Shown: positions 8,659-16,557, counted from the first letter of the stretch. The stretch is 32,000 nt of DNA from Bifidobacterium longum subsp. longum JCM 1217 (GCF_000196555.1 NC_015067.1:2040001-2072000), one strand, 5' to 3'. Translations and numbers: made by a program. The notes: generated by a model not told the origin, from the letters alone.

Positions 8659-8693
8659 TATTGCCATGTATTGCCATGCCGATTATTGCGATG
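8659..8693. repeat. Tandem 10-mer TATTGCCATG x2 plus a degenerate third copy, 25-60 nt upstream of the membrane-protein gene
   Basis: TATTGCCATG at 8659-8668 and 8669-8678, TATTGCGATG at 8684-8693. GCCGATTA also occurs twice (8645-8652 and 8679-8686). Confidence 0.6.
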
Positions 8694-8754
8694 CCTATCT
8701 TAGCGTGCGTGTTGGGCAAGTACCTGATGTTCCCTGTGGTTTCGCGCACTGATT

Positions 8755-8792
8755 GGATACAGACAGGCTACTGCTGTTGCCCGTCTGTATCC
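8755..8792 (-). terminator. Hairpin overlapping the stop codon of the restored HTH reading frame
   Basis: GGATACAGAC(A)GG (8755-8767) pairs with CCGTCTGTATCC (8781-8792): 12 bp with one bulge. The TAG of the shifted frame (8770-8768) sits in the loop. No U-tract follows. Confidence 0.4.
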
Positions 8793-9453
8793 GGCGACTT
8801 GTCCGCCGCTGTATCCGTCTGTTCCTCAGGCAACGTATTGGCAGCCTGTTCCTTACGCCGCCTGCCGTGCAGCAGGGCCTCGAGCATGTCGACCTGACGC
8901 TCCAGTTCGTCGATACGACGTACCTGCTGCGAAATCAGCAAGTCGCGTAGGTCATTGTTCTGCTCTTTGCGGGAGACGGGGAAGATGATGGCGCGACGTT
9001 CGGGCGATACGTGGAAATCGGATTCGCTGCCGGTACCAGCCGGAAGTGACGATTCCGCCGAGTCGCGCCAAGCTCTCGCTGCTCGCGCACTCTCCGGAAT
9101 GTTTGGTGCGCCCGCGGCTCCCGAGCGGAAAAGCTCCGAATCTGAAGCCCCCCCCCCAGCTTATTTTCCACGCCGGCTTTGGCATTGCCGGAGTTCAGGA
9201 TTTCGTCTTGCGATTCACGCCAGCGGGCAAGGCAACGTTCGATGCGCTTGTACCCGATTAGAGCCGGATCCAATCCGGCTTCACGGAACATGCGCACGGG
9301 TGAGGCACCTTCGTTGTAGTGGACTACACAGTAACGCTTGAAATCATCGGTATAGGTGATGCGCTTCGCCGTGGCTTCCGCCACTGCCGACAACGACTTC
9401 AGATACTTGATCTCCTCGGGGCTAAAAGTCCCTCCACCACTGGTCATCCTCAT
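8768..9453 (-). pseudogene. HTH protein (resembles IS3-type OrfA / transposase-associated HTH proteins) interrupted by a frameshift at a G10 tract; G11 or G8 would encode 228/227 aa
   Basis: The ORF-track ORF 8935..9453 reads TFSPEEIKYLKSLSAVAEATAKRITYTDDFKRYCVVHYNEGASPVRMFREAGLDPALIGYKRIERCLARWRES...NKLGGG. After the tract the other frame is open for 126 codons (checked triplet by triplet), with a coiled-coil-like tail DLRDLLISQQVRRIDELERQVDMLEALL and a stop at 8770-8768. The family call is from memory of similar N-termini, not a search. Confidence 0.6.
9148..9157 (-). repeat. G10 homopolymer (C10 on the plus strand) inside the HTH gene
   Basis: Counted directly: c9148-c9157, flanked by g9147 and a9158. 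Confidence 0.95.
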
Positions 9454-9842
9454 CCCTTACACTCGTTGGAAGGCTCATTGCACACCCCCCTTGATTATGG
9501 GGTGAATGCCATAGTTCGGGATAGTAATACTTATAATTCGGACATGCCTAACCCCTAGTAGGGTCGTTTTTATCCCCGTTTAAGTGGAGCCTGAGTAGTG
9601 GCTGGACGGCAACTGAACGATAATCGGCCCACGAATGGGGTATACAGGCCCATCCTTCACCTCCCCTACGATTGTGTTCGCTTGGCGATTGTTACCGAGC
9701 CTGCGTGAAACGTTTGTTGTGGTGAAACACAAGTTATTTTCGATGCCCGGCCCCATTACATTCAAATCAAAATGCCATACATTGCCCATAAGATTCGGAG
9801 ATGGTCCACAAGTCATCCGTCTGAGATGCCGCCAATATGACA

Positions 9843-9874
9843 AATGGCCGATCTGAATAATCAGATCGGCCATT
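9843..9874 (-). terminator. Terminator hairpin of the pilus operon
   Basis: 14-bp perfect stem AATGGCCGATCTGA (9843-9856) / TCAGATCGGCCATT (9861-9874) with loop ATAA, 35 nt after the major-pilin stop (9909-9911). On the transcript it is followed by the T-rich UUGUCAUAUU. Confidence 0.7.
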
Positions 9875-9908
9875 GTTATAGCTGCTCAGTTATAAGCAGC
9901 AGTCAAGC

Positions 9909-11153
9909 TCACGCGTTGAGAGCGCGCTTGGTGGAACGGGACTTGACGAACACGGTCACCGCGGCACCCGCGATCAGCAGACCGATCACGGAGAACAGCA
10001 TGGTTCCGGCGGCACCGGTGAGCGGCAGCTGGGTGATGTTCTTGACGTTGGTGACCTGGAAGGTGCCCTTGTTGTCCTTGGACAGGTTCCAGGCATCCTT
10101 ACCAGCGAAGGTGGCAGCAGCATCTGCGGTTGCACCGGTAGTGATCGTGAACTTGCCAACGAAGGTGCCGTTGTAGCCAGTCGGGACCTTCGTCTCAATC
10201 ACGGTGTAGGTGGTGTTGAGCTTAAGACCGTTCAGAGTGTACTTACCCTCAGCGTTGGATTGCAGTGTGTCCGTGGCGCCTTCAGGGTAAGTGCCATCAG
10301 CATTGGCGGTCGGCAGAGAATACGCACCGTTAGAGCCATTGAACTTAAGCGGAGTCTTCGCTTTGAGCTCGTCAGCGGACAGACCGCTAACATCGCCTTC
10401 GTACACTTGGAACTCAGCACCAGTCAGAGCAGCAGCGTTCTTGTCGACTTTCTGCCAAGTCACGGCACCAGCCTTGGTGGTTTCTTCCTTGCTGCTCTTC
10501 AGGTCGACAACGCCGGCAGCGGCGAGAACGCCAGTGGCGTTGTTCACGGACGGCGCGGCGCCCGTGATAGCAGTGCCAGCGAGAATCGGAGCATTGCCAT
10601 TCCACACGAGCTTGTGAGTGTCATTATCTTCGACGACCAGCTTTCCACTCTGGTCGACAATCAAGTACAGACCACCCTCAGCGAAGGTGAAGGTCTGGGT
10701 CTTGCCACCGTTAGAAGCCGTCGGGGTAATGTCCGTGACAGCCAGATCCTTAAGCGCGTTCACAAAAGCGGTGGTCTGCGCGGCGGTCAGGGTAGTGTTG
10801 CCCAGCCAGGCCCACTCGTTCAGGGAATCACCCTTGGTCTGGTCGTTGTAACCAGCAGCAGCGAAAGCAGCATCCACTGCCTCACCGGAGACCAAACCCT
10901 CCAGCTCAACGCCAGTGTTGCCATCAGACACATACTTGGCGAGCTCAACGTACTTGAACATGCGCAGGTTAGCCTGCAGGTCAGCGGTGTCAACCGGCTT
11001 GGTGTAGAACTGGTTTGCATCCGTGGCGTTGACTGTGATAGTCGTGCTGGAGATGATGGCCTCAGCCGCGTTGGCGGTGGTGGCGCCGAACGCCATGCCA
11101 CCAAGCAGGGTGGCCGCAGCAGCGACACCCGCGAAAAGCTTCCTCAACTTCAT
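9909..11153 (-). CDS. Sortase-dependent major pilin (LPLTG)
   Basis: The ORF track extends to 11273. I prefer the ATG at 11153, which has a GGAAGAGAGG Shine-Dalgarno 7 nt upstream and gives the signal peptide MKLRKLFAGVAAAATLLGGMAFGATTANA. E-box-like YTVIETKVPTGY. C-terminus is LPLTG, a hydrophobic stretch, then KSRSTKR. Confidence 0.8.
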   Translation of the reverse strand: MKLRKLFAGVAAAATLLGGMAFGATTANAAEAIISSTTITVNATDANQFYTKPVDTADLQANLRMFKYVELAKYVSDGNTGVELEGLVSGEAVDAAFAAAGYNDQTKGDSLNEWAWLGNTTLTAAQTTAFVNALKDLAVTDITPTASNGGKTQTFTFAEGGLYLIVDQSGKLVVEDNDTHKLVWNGNAPILAGTAITGAAPSVNNATGVLAAAGVVDLKSSKEETTKAGAVTWQKVDKNAAALTGAEFQVYEGDVSGLSADELKAKTPLKFNGSNGAYSLPTANADGTYPEGATDTLQSNAEGKYTLNGLKLNTTYTVIETKVPTGYNGTFVGKFTITTGATADAAATFAGKDAWNLSKDNKGTFQVTNVKNITQLPLTGAAGTMLFSVIGLLIAGAAVTVFVKSRSTKRALNA

Positions 11154-11274
11154 GAGAAACCCTCTCTTCCTTATTGTGATTGATTTTCTTGCAATCGCGG
11201 AGGCTGCAACCCCACAGCAAGGCCTCCGCAATCCGCAAATCCTTATTGTTTTTTCGGGGAGGGAAGCCTTCATC

Positions 11275-11324
11275 GACTCCCCTCAGTCCGCCTTCGGCGG
11301 CCAGCTCCCCTCAGCGAGGGAAGC
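11275..11324. repeat. REP-like intergenic double-hairpin element, copy A
   Basis: GACTCCCCTCAGTCCGCCTTCGGCGGCCAGCTCCCCTCAGCGAGGGAAGC. About 85 percent identical by eye to copy B (14443-14490). Lies between the tip-pilin stop and the major-pilin start. Confidence 0.7.
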
Positions 11325-11349
11325 CAAAACCACCTCAAGTTTCTTGAAA

Positions 11350-13800
11350 TCAGACCAGCTGACGCTTACGCCAGACCGTGTAGCCCGCAGCAGCCAGCAG
11401 GGCCAGCAGGCCCAGGCCACCGCCGAACACCATCCAGTCACGACCAGTCGTGCCACCGGTCAGCGGCAGACTGGAGATAGCCACATACTTGTTCGTGAAC
11501 TGTGCCGACTCCGTATTCGTTCGGTCGGAATCGTTCTCGCCGTACTCGTAAGAGACAACGGCATCCGTCCTGGAGACCGTGACCTTGACGGTCACCTTAT
11601 CGTTGTCATACTTCCAACCGGCAGCAGGCTTTTCGGTGTCCTCCGAAGCCTCGAACGTGTAGACCAAATTGTCAGCACCGGTCGGAACCCTGAACTTCAG
11701 GTCCCCATTGCCGAAGCCAACCGTCGCGCTCGCGCCGCTAGCAGTCAATTCGTCCTTGGACACAGTCGTAGTCAGTCCATTGTTGGCCAAGCCGGTAACG
11801 TCAGCGCACTTACCAGCATTCGCATCCGTGCTATCCACACACTTCAGGTTGAAGCCGAAGTCCGAATTAGCAGCATGTCCCTGCACAACCTTCGTCACCT
11901 TGACATCCGAAGCGGGCAAGGTCACGTAAGAAGGCGTGTTGGTTACCGTGAAGGCACCGGATTGTGCGGTCAAACCTTGTAGCTTGAGGTCAGTCTTATC
12001 AACCTTGGAGTCATAGCCTTCAACCTTGACCTCGGAAACCGAGTATGTGTGCCCCTCAGGGCCGGCAGGCACCGTGAACTCGTGAGTCCAGTTGCCGGCG
12101 GCATTCAGAGTTGCTGAACCGTTGGCATAATCCTCGCCGTCCTGCTTGAGCTGGACCTGCACGGAATCATTCGCGTGATTCTCGTTGTCGTCGGACCAAG
12201 TCTTCGTCACCGTAATCTTGGAGACCGGAAGGGTGATGGTCGGCTTCTGCGGGTAGGCGGCGGTCTGCGGATCGCTCGTCGTCGTGCCGCCCTGCGAGGA
12301 GGTCACCACGGTCTTGTAGTCGACAGTGGCGCTGGAGTTGTCGTTCGTGTAGAAGTTGTTGTCGCCGGAGGCATTGGCATCGTCCTTGTGGTTCTTAACA
12401 GCCTCGTCGAACGCAGCCTGCGTCGGCTTGACATTGAAGCTCACCGTGTAGGTGACGCCGTCCTCAAGCGTGTCGTCGTTGGACGTGACCGGCCAAGACA
12501 CGGTGCCATCAGCCGCAACCGTCGCCTCCGGGGCGTCAGCCCACGCCGTGGTCTGGCCTTTCCGGGTCTTCGTGTACGTGAAGCCCGCGGGCTCTCCATT
12601 CTCGGAGGCGCTGTCGGAGCTCACGACCCAGCTGGACAGCCTGTCGTGAATCGTCACGTCGGCATACTCAGCCGTCTTGGTGATCTCCTGATAAATGGAC
12701 TCGAAGATGTTGTTCAGCTGGCCGGCATCCGTGGCGGCCTTGTAGTAGCTGCTGGTCTCGGCGCGGTCACCGAGGTTGGCGTTCCAAGACTTTCCCCACA
12801 AATGCTCACTGCTCGTTGCAGTGGCATCCGGGTAGTTGCTGGAGATGCCGTGCATGTACTTGTTCAGGTTGCTCGAGGTGTCGCCGGGGTTGGCACCGCT
12901 GACGACGCCGATCGAGTAGATGGTCGTCCCGGCGTCCTTCAGGCTCTTCGCCTTGTTCACCGCGGTGGCGGCGACGGTGGGGTCAAACCCGCTGCCGTGG
13001 TTCGGCTCGCCGTCGGTGAAGAAGATGACGACCTTCTTCGCGTTGGCGCGAGGCTGATACGTTAGCGCCGCCTGGGCGCGGTTGAAGGCGTAGTCGGCGG
13101 AGGTCGCGCCGGACGCGCTCAGGCCGTTAACCGTGCTCGTCAGTCCGGAGACGTCGTACGTCAGGTTGCTGACGATCTGCGTGTAGTTGTAGGAGGACCA
13201 GCCTTCGCGGTAAAAGTCATTGCCGACGCTGGTCTTCTCGGTGCCGGCGAACTTCACCAGGGCGATGCGGTTCCGCTGGCTCTGGTCGGTAATCTTCGCG
13301 TTCTCTGCAGCCGTCGCATTGATGAATTTATTGACCGCGGTCTTGAGCGAGTCAATCTTCGTAGGCTGGTTCCAACCGCTAGCGATCTTTTCGGCCATCG
13401 AACCGGACACATCCAACACCAGCACGATGTCGAGTGGCTGGTTCGTCACGATCTCGCCCGTACCCGCGCTCTTCGCACCGGTGACGTTCAACGCCACCGT
13501 GTACGTGCCGTCTTCATTGGCGGTAACGGTCTTCTCGCGGGCCGGAGCAGACAACGTCGGATCATCCGGCACGCCGTTTGTTCCCTCGGTGGAAAGAGGA
13601 GCAGGCGCGCTGGCGGCCGCCTTCTCATCGGTGGTCTGCGATTGTGTCGTGGAGGCATTCCCATCGTCCGCCATGGCGGTTGCGCTCACACCGGCGACGC
13701 CACCGAGCATCGCCACGGCGGCAACGATCGCCACTAACCGTTTGCCTTTCCTGCCCGCCGCGGCCCCTACCGCTGCGAACCATTCTGCAATTCTCTTCAT
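11350..13800 (-). CDS. Pilus tip adhesin with von Willebrand A domain (LPLTG)
   Basis: ORF track, 816 aa. Signal peptide. vWA MIDAS motif DxSxS (LVLDVSGSM) with downstream FFTDGEPN. Repeated Cna-B-like segments (KITVTKTW, VKVTKVV, VTVKVTV). C-terminus is LPLTG, a hydrophobic stretch, then WRKRQLV. Confidence 0.85.
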   Translation of the reverse strand: MKRIAEWFAAVGAAAGRKGKRLVAIVAAVAMLGGVAGVSATAMADDGNASTTQSQTTDEKAAASAPAPLSTEGTNGVPDDPTLSAPAREKTVTANEDGTYTVALNVTGAKSAGTGEIVTNQPLDIVLVLDVSGSMAEKIASGWNQPTKIDSLKTAVNKFINATAAENAKITDQSQRNRIALVKFAGTEKTSVGNDFYREGWSSYNYTQIVSNLTYDVSGLTSTVNGLSASGATSADYAFNRAQAALTYQPRANAKKVVIFFTDGEPNHGSGFDPTVAATAVNKAKSLKDAGTTIYSIGVVSGANPGDTSSNLNKYMHGISSNYPDATATSSEHLWGKSWNANLGDRAETSSYYKAATDAGQLNNIFESIYQEITKTAEYADVTIHDRLSSWVVSSDSASENGEPAGFTYTKTRKGQTTAWADAPEATVAADGTVSWPVTSNDDTLEDGVTYTVSFNVKPTQAAFDEAVKNHKDDANASGDNNFYTNDNSSATVDYKTVVTSSQGGTTTSDPQTAAYPQKPTITLPVSKITVTKTWSDDNENHANDSVQVQLKQDGEDYANGSATLNAAGNWTHEFTVPAGPEGHTYSVSEVKVEGYDSKVDKTDLKLQGLTAQSGAFTVTNTPSYVTLPASDVKVTKVVQGHAANSDFGFNLKCVDSTDANAGKCADVTGLANNGLTTTVSKDELTASGASATVGFGNGDLKFRVPTGADNLVYTFEASEDTEKPAAGWKYDNDKVTVKVTVSRTDAVVSYEYGENDSDRTNTESAQFTNKYVAISSLPLTGGTTGRDWMVFGGGLGLLALLAAAGYTVWRKRQLV

Positions 13801-13839
13801 AACCTTGCCTGTCTCTTACGATCACGTACGCCAAAACCC

Positions 13840-13864
13840 GGCGTTACGCTTATAAGGCGTTACG
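13840..13864. promoter_or_regulatory. Direct repeat GGCGTTACG-N7-GGCGTTACG, 40-65 nt upstream of the pilus operon start codon
   Basis: GGCGTTACG at 13840-13848 and 13856-13864, giving a 16-bp period. Function is unknown; this is only a candidate regulator site. Confidence 0.25.
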
Positions 13865-14253
13865 GTATTAAGCAAAAAGCACGAATGCGTACACCCGGGT
13901 AGAGGGAATTTTTTACCCGACATTGAAAAGAACCTTGGAATTTTTGAAAAGTGGCACCCTCGTCATCCACCCTGCGATAACGCACTTTTCTTCTCGACGG
14001 GGCGTGCCGGTCCCACCATCTGGGAACTGAGGCGGATTTGCCGCCGCTGCGCGGGGACCGGAGTTACTGACGACCGTCAGTATGCCACTGCTCCGCATGT
14101 GTGCAGTATCACATACCGCTACGCATACACGGAGACATACTACATGCAATTTCTGTGAACGCAAACATACGACTCACCAAGGCCGTGTTCTGTTGCGGGC
14201 GGTGGTGTTACGGGCAATGTTGTGGGTAGTACCCTAGCCACAAACCTATATAG

Positions 14254-14327
14254 TGGAGCGGATGACGGGAATCGAACCCGCGTAATCAGTTTGGAAGACT
14301 GAGGCTCTACCATTGAGCTACATCCGC
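14254..14327 (-). tRNA. tRNA-Gly (anticodon UCC), CCA encoded
   Basis: Folded by hand: GCGGATG TA GCTC AATGGTA GAGC C TCAGT CTTCCAA ACTGA TTAC GCGGG TTCGATT CCCGT CATCCGC T CCA. All four stems pair (one G-U in the T stem). Anticodon loop is CU-UCC-AA. Total 74 nt. Confidence 0.95.
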
Positions 14328-14356
14328 GTTAAGCGTCGCTTTTGGCGACTTGAGTT

Positions 14357-14362
14357 ATTATA
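14357..14362 (-). promoter_or_regulatory. Candidate -10 box TATAAT for tRNA-Gly
   Basis: Plus strand ATTATA at 14357-14362 is TATAAT on the minus strand, 30 nt upstream of the mature tRNA 5' end. Confidence 0.35.
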
Positions 14363-14442
14363 CATATTTCTTCGGGGATGGCAAACGCGTGTGGCTGCAG
14401 CAGGACCAGCCAATCTAGTTGATGGATTGCGGCTTTGCCGAG

Positions 14443-14490
14443 GACTCCCCTCAGTCGCCTACGGCGACAGCTCCCCTCAAAGAGGGGAGC
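14443..14490. repeat. REP-like intergenic double-hairpin element, copy B (also terminator-like for the GH13 gene)
   Basis: GACTCCCCTCAGTCGCCTACGGCGACAGCTCCCCTCAAAGAGGGGAGC. Contains the hairpins GTCGCC-TAC-GGCGAC and GCTCCCCTC-AAA-GAGGGGAGC (perfect 9 bp). Starts 16 nt after the GH13 stop at 14506. Confidence 0.7.
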
Positions 14491-14505
14491 TAGAAACCGT
14501 CGAAA

Positions 14506-16557
14506 TCACAAATGGATGAGCTGGGACTCGTATGGTTGGAGGTCGGCGTCCATCGCGTTCAGAATGCCGTTGCAGGCGTTGAGGTGGGCGTGCTGCGGGT
14601 CGGGCGAGAAGTTGAACAGGCCGACCAGCGTCTTGCCTTCGTGCTGACGAATCACAGCGAGCACCGAATCGTTGAACGTATCCCACGTGGACACCCAAGC
14701 GTCAGGCGCGAAGCAGGGATCGTTGCGCATCGCGCGCAAATCTTCCATGCCCTTCCACAGCTGGTTCTGCAACGTACCGGACTTCTTGCGCAGAGCGGCC
14801 TTGGTCCAGTCGAACTTACTACGGTGCAGATTGCGGCTGTCTTCCACGCGATCCGGGTCTTCCTTGTAATCCCAGCCGTTGAGCTGGGCGATTTCGTCGC
14901 CGCAGTTGAGCATCGGGAAACCGCGCAGGAAGCTCATGGCGTGGTGCATCATGAGGTCGCGATCCACCGAGGTCTCTAGCAGTGGCTTGTCGTGCGTGAT
15001 GATGGCCTTTTCGATGCCGCACAGGCTGGCGGTGGTGCCGCAACTGCGGGCGTCGCGCGTGGCTTCGTCGTAGTTGTAGAGTTCGCCCATCGACCAGCTG
15101 CCGGGGGTTGCGCCCTCGTAGAAGTGGTACAGGAATTCCTTGTGCTTGAGCGGGTCGATGTCGAGGTAACGCTCCACGTCTTCGTCCAAGCCCCAGCCGA
15201 TGTCGTCATGGCAGCGCAAATAATTCACGAACCAGCAGTTTTCGGGCAGCGAGTTGAGCTTGTCGATCTGGTTCTTGAGCAGACGCACGTCGCGGCTGGC
15301 GAGCGCGCTCCACAGGTTGACCATGATGGAGACGTTGTACAGCATGTGGCACTCGGGGGCCTCGGGCGTACCGAAGTAGGCGGCGAGCTCCTTGGGGGCC
15401 ATGACCACCTCGCCCTTAAGCACCACGGCCGGGCAGACGCATTCCAAAATGATGCGCAGCATGCGCACGATGGTGTGGACCTGCGGCAGGTTGCGGCAAT
15501 TGGTGCCAAGCTGCTTCCAGATGTACGGCACGGCGTCGATGCGGAACACCTCGACACCGAGGTTGGCCAGGCGCATCACGCTGCCCATCATGGCTACGAG
15601 CACCTTCGGGTTGCGGTAGTTGAGGTCCCACTGGAACGGGTAGAACTGGGTCATCACCCACTTGTTCATCTTCTCATTCCAAGTGAAGTTGCCGGGCGCG
15701 GTGTTCGGGAAGACCTGCGGCACATCCCGGTCGTAGCGGTCGGGGATGGTGCGGTCCGGGTAGCAGAAGTAATAGTCCTGATACTCGGGATCGCCGGCTT
15801 CGGCTGCCTTGGCCCAGCGGTGGGTGGAGGCGGTGTGGTTCATCACGAAGTCGATGCACAGACTGATGCCGGCGCGGCGCAGCTTCTTGGCCAGCGCGGC
15901 GAGGTCTTCGTTGGTGCCGAGCTTCGGGTCCACGGTGTCGAAGTCCTGGACCGCATAGCCACCGTCGTTGTTCGGGTGCGGCATGTCAAGCAGCGGCATC
16001 AAGTGCAGGTAGGTGAGCTTCTGCTCCTTCAAGTACGGAATCTTGTCGGCAAGTTTCTTGAGGTCGCCGGCGAACAGGTCGGTGTACATGGTCATGCCGA
16101 ACATATCGCCGCGCTTGTACCAGCCCGGGTCCTGCTCGCGGGTTTTGTCGAGACGCTTCAAATCGGCGGGACGGTCAGCGTAGGCTGCGGCCATGCTTGC
16201 GACGAGTGCGTCGAAGGCGTCGTGATCGTTATATAGGCTCATGAAGAGCTGTTCGAGTTCGTCTTGATGAGCAGCAAGGCGAGCGTTGAACACGGCGCTC
16301 GAAGCGGGACGCTTGGCGGTTGCGGACTTGGTCGCCGCTGCCTTGGAGGTACGGGCCGAACGGACGGCAGTCGTCGCCTTAGTCGCTGTGGTTCTGGCCG
16401 TACGAGACGTCGTGCGCTTGGTTGCGGTTGTCTTGGTTGCCGTGGAAGTCGTAGCGGTTTTGGCCGCTCGGGTTGATGCTGTCTTGGCAGCCTTCTTCGC
16501 CACCTCGGTCTTCTCGACCGATTCCACTGCCTGTGCCGACTGGTTGCTTTGAGCCAC
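14506..16557 (-). CDS. Amylosucrase-like GH13 alpha-glucan enzyme with a ~95-aa basic Ala/Thr/Lys-rich N-terminal extension
   Basis: ORF track, 683 aa. GTG start with AAGGAG 6 nt upstream. Blocks typical of amylosucrase-type GH13: YLHLMPLL, NDGGYAVQDFDTVDPKLGT, ISLCIDFVMNHTA, FQWDLNYRNP, VFRIDAVPYIWKQLGTNCRNLPQ, LKGEVVMAP, NYLRCHDDIGW. Confidence 0.85.
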   Translation of the reverse strand: MAQSNQSAQAVESVEKTEVAKKAAKTASTRAAKTATTSTATKTTATKRTTSRTARTTATKATTAVRSARTSKAAATKSATAKRPASSAVFNARLAAHQDELEQLFMSLYNDHDAFDALVASMAAAYADRPADLKRLDKTREQDPGWYKRGDMFGMTMYTDLFAGDLKKLADKIPYLKEQKLTYLHLMPLLDMPHPNNDGGYAVQDFDTVDPKLGTNEDLAALAKKLRRAGISLCIDFVMNHTASTHRWAKAAEAGDPEYQDYYFCYPDRTIPDRYDRDVPQVFPNTAPGNFTWNEKMNKWVMTQFYPFQWDLNYRNPKVLVAMMGSVMRLANLGVEVFRIDAVPYIWKQLGTNCRNLPQVHTIVRMLRIILECVCPAVVLKGEVVMAPKELAAYFGTPEAPECHMLYNVSIMVNLWSALASRDVRLLKNQIDKLNSLPENCWFVNYLRCHDDIGWGLDEDVERYLDIDPLKHKEFLYHFYEGATPGSWSMGELYNYDEATRDARSCGTTASLCGIEKAIITHDKPLLETSVDRDLMMHHAMSFLRGFPMLNCGDEIAQLNGWDYKEDPDRVEDSRNLHRSKFDWTKAALRKKSGTLQNQLWKGMEDLRAMRNDPCFAPDAWVSTWDTFNDSVLAVIRQHEGKTLVGLFNFSPDPQHAHLNACNGILNAMDADLQPYESQLIHL

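Noticed and set aside
9580-9873. 97-aa minus ORF (and 73-aa plus ORF) in the spacer after the pilus operon
   Set aside because: The minus ORF starts inside the terminator hairpin. There is no RBS and the sequence is Cys/His/Trp-rich and odd, with no sortase or other motif. I treat the spacer as non-coding, possibly a deletion scar.
11154-11273. Upstream extension of the major pilin ORF (start at 11273) and of acpS (start at 17257)
   Set aside because: The extensions lack RBSs, run through intergenic hairpin or operator sequence, and precede much better starts with proper N-termini (11153 and 17218).
10260-13855. Plus-strand ORFs antisense to the pilin genes (10260..11183, 11023..11982, 12175..13065, 13220..13855)
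   Set aside because: They lie opposite genes with signal peptides, vWA/E-box motifs and LPLTG signals. They are low-complexity, with no RBS or motifs.
13913-14164. 83-aa minus ORF between tRNA-Gly and the pilus operon
   Set aside because: No RBS, odd composition, and it overlaps the likely pilus promoter region. Nothing supports it.
14992-16236. 414-aa plus-strand ORF antisense to the GH13 gene, and similar ORFs antisense to accD/accA (28237..29760, 29894..31204)
   Set aside because: Same reasoning: high-GC antisense frames opposite well-supported genes.
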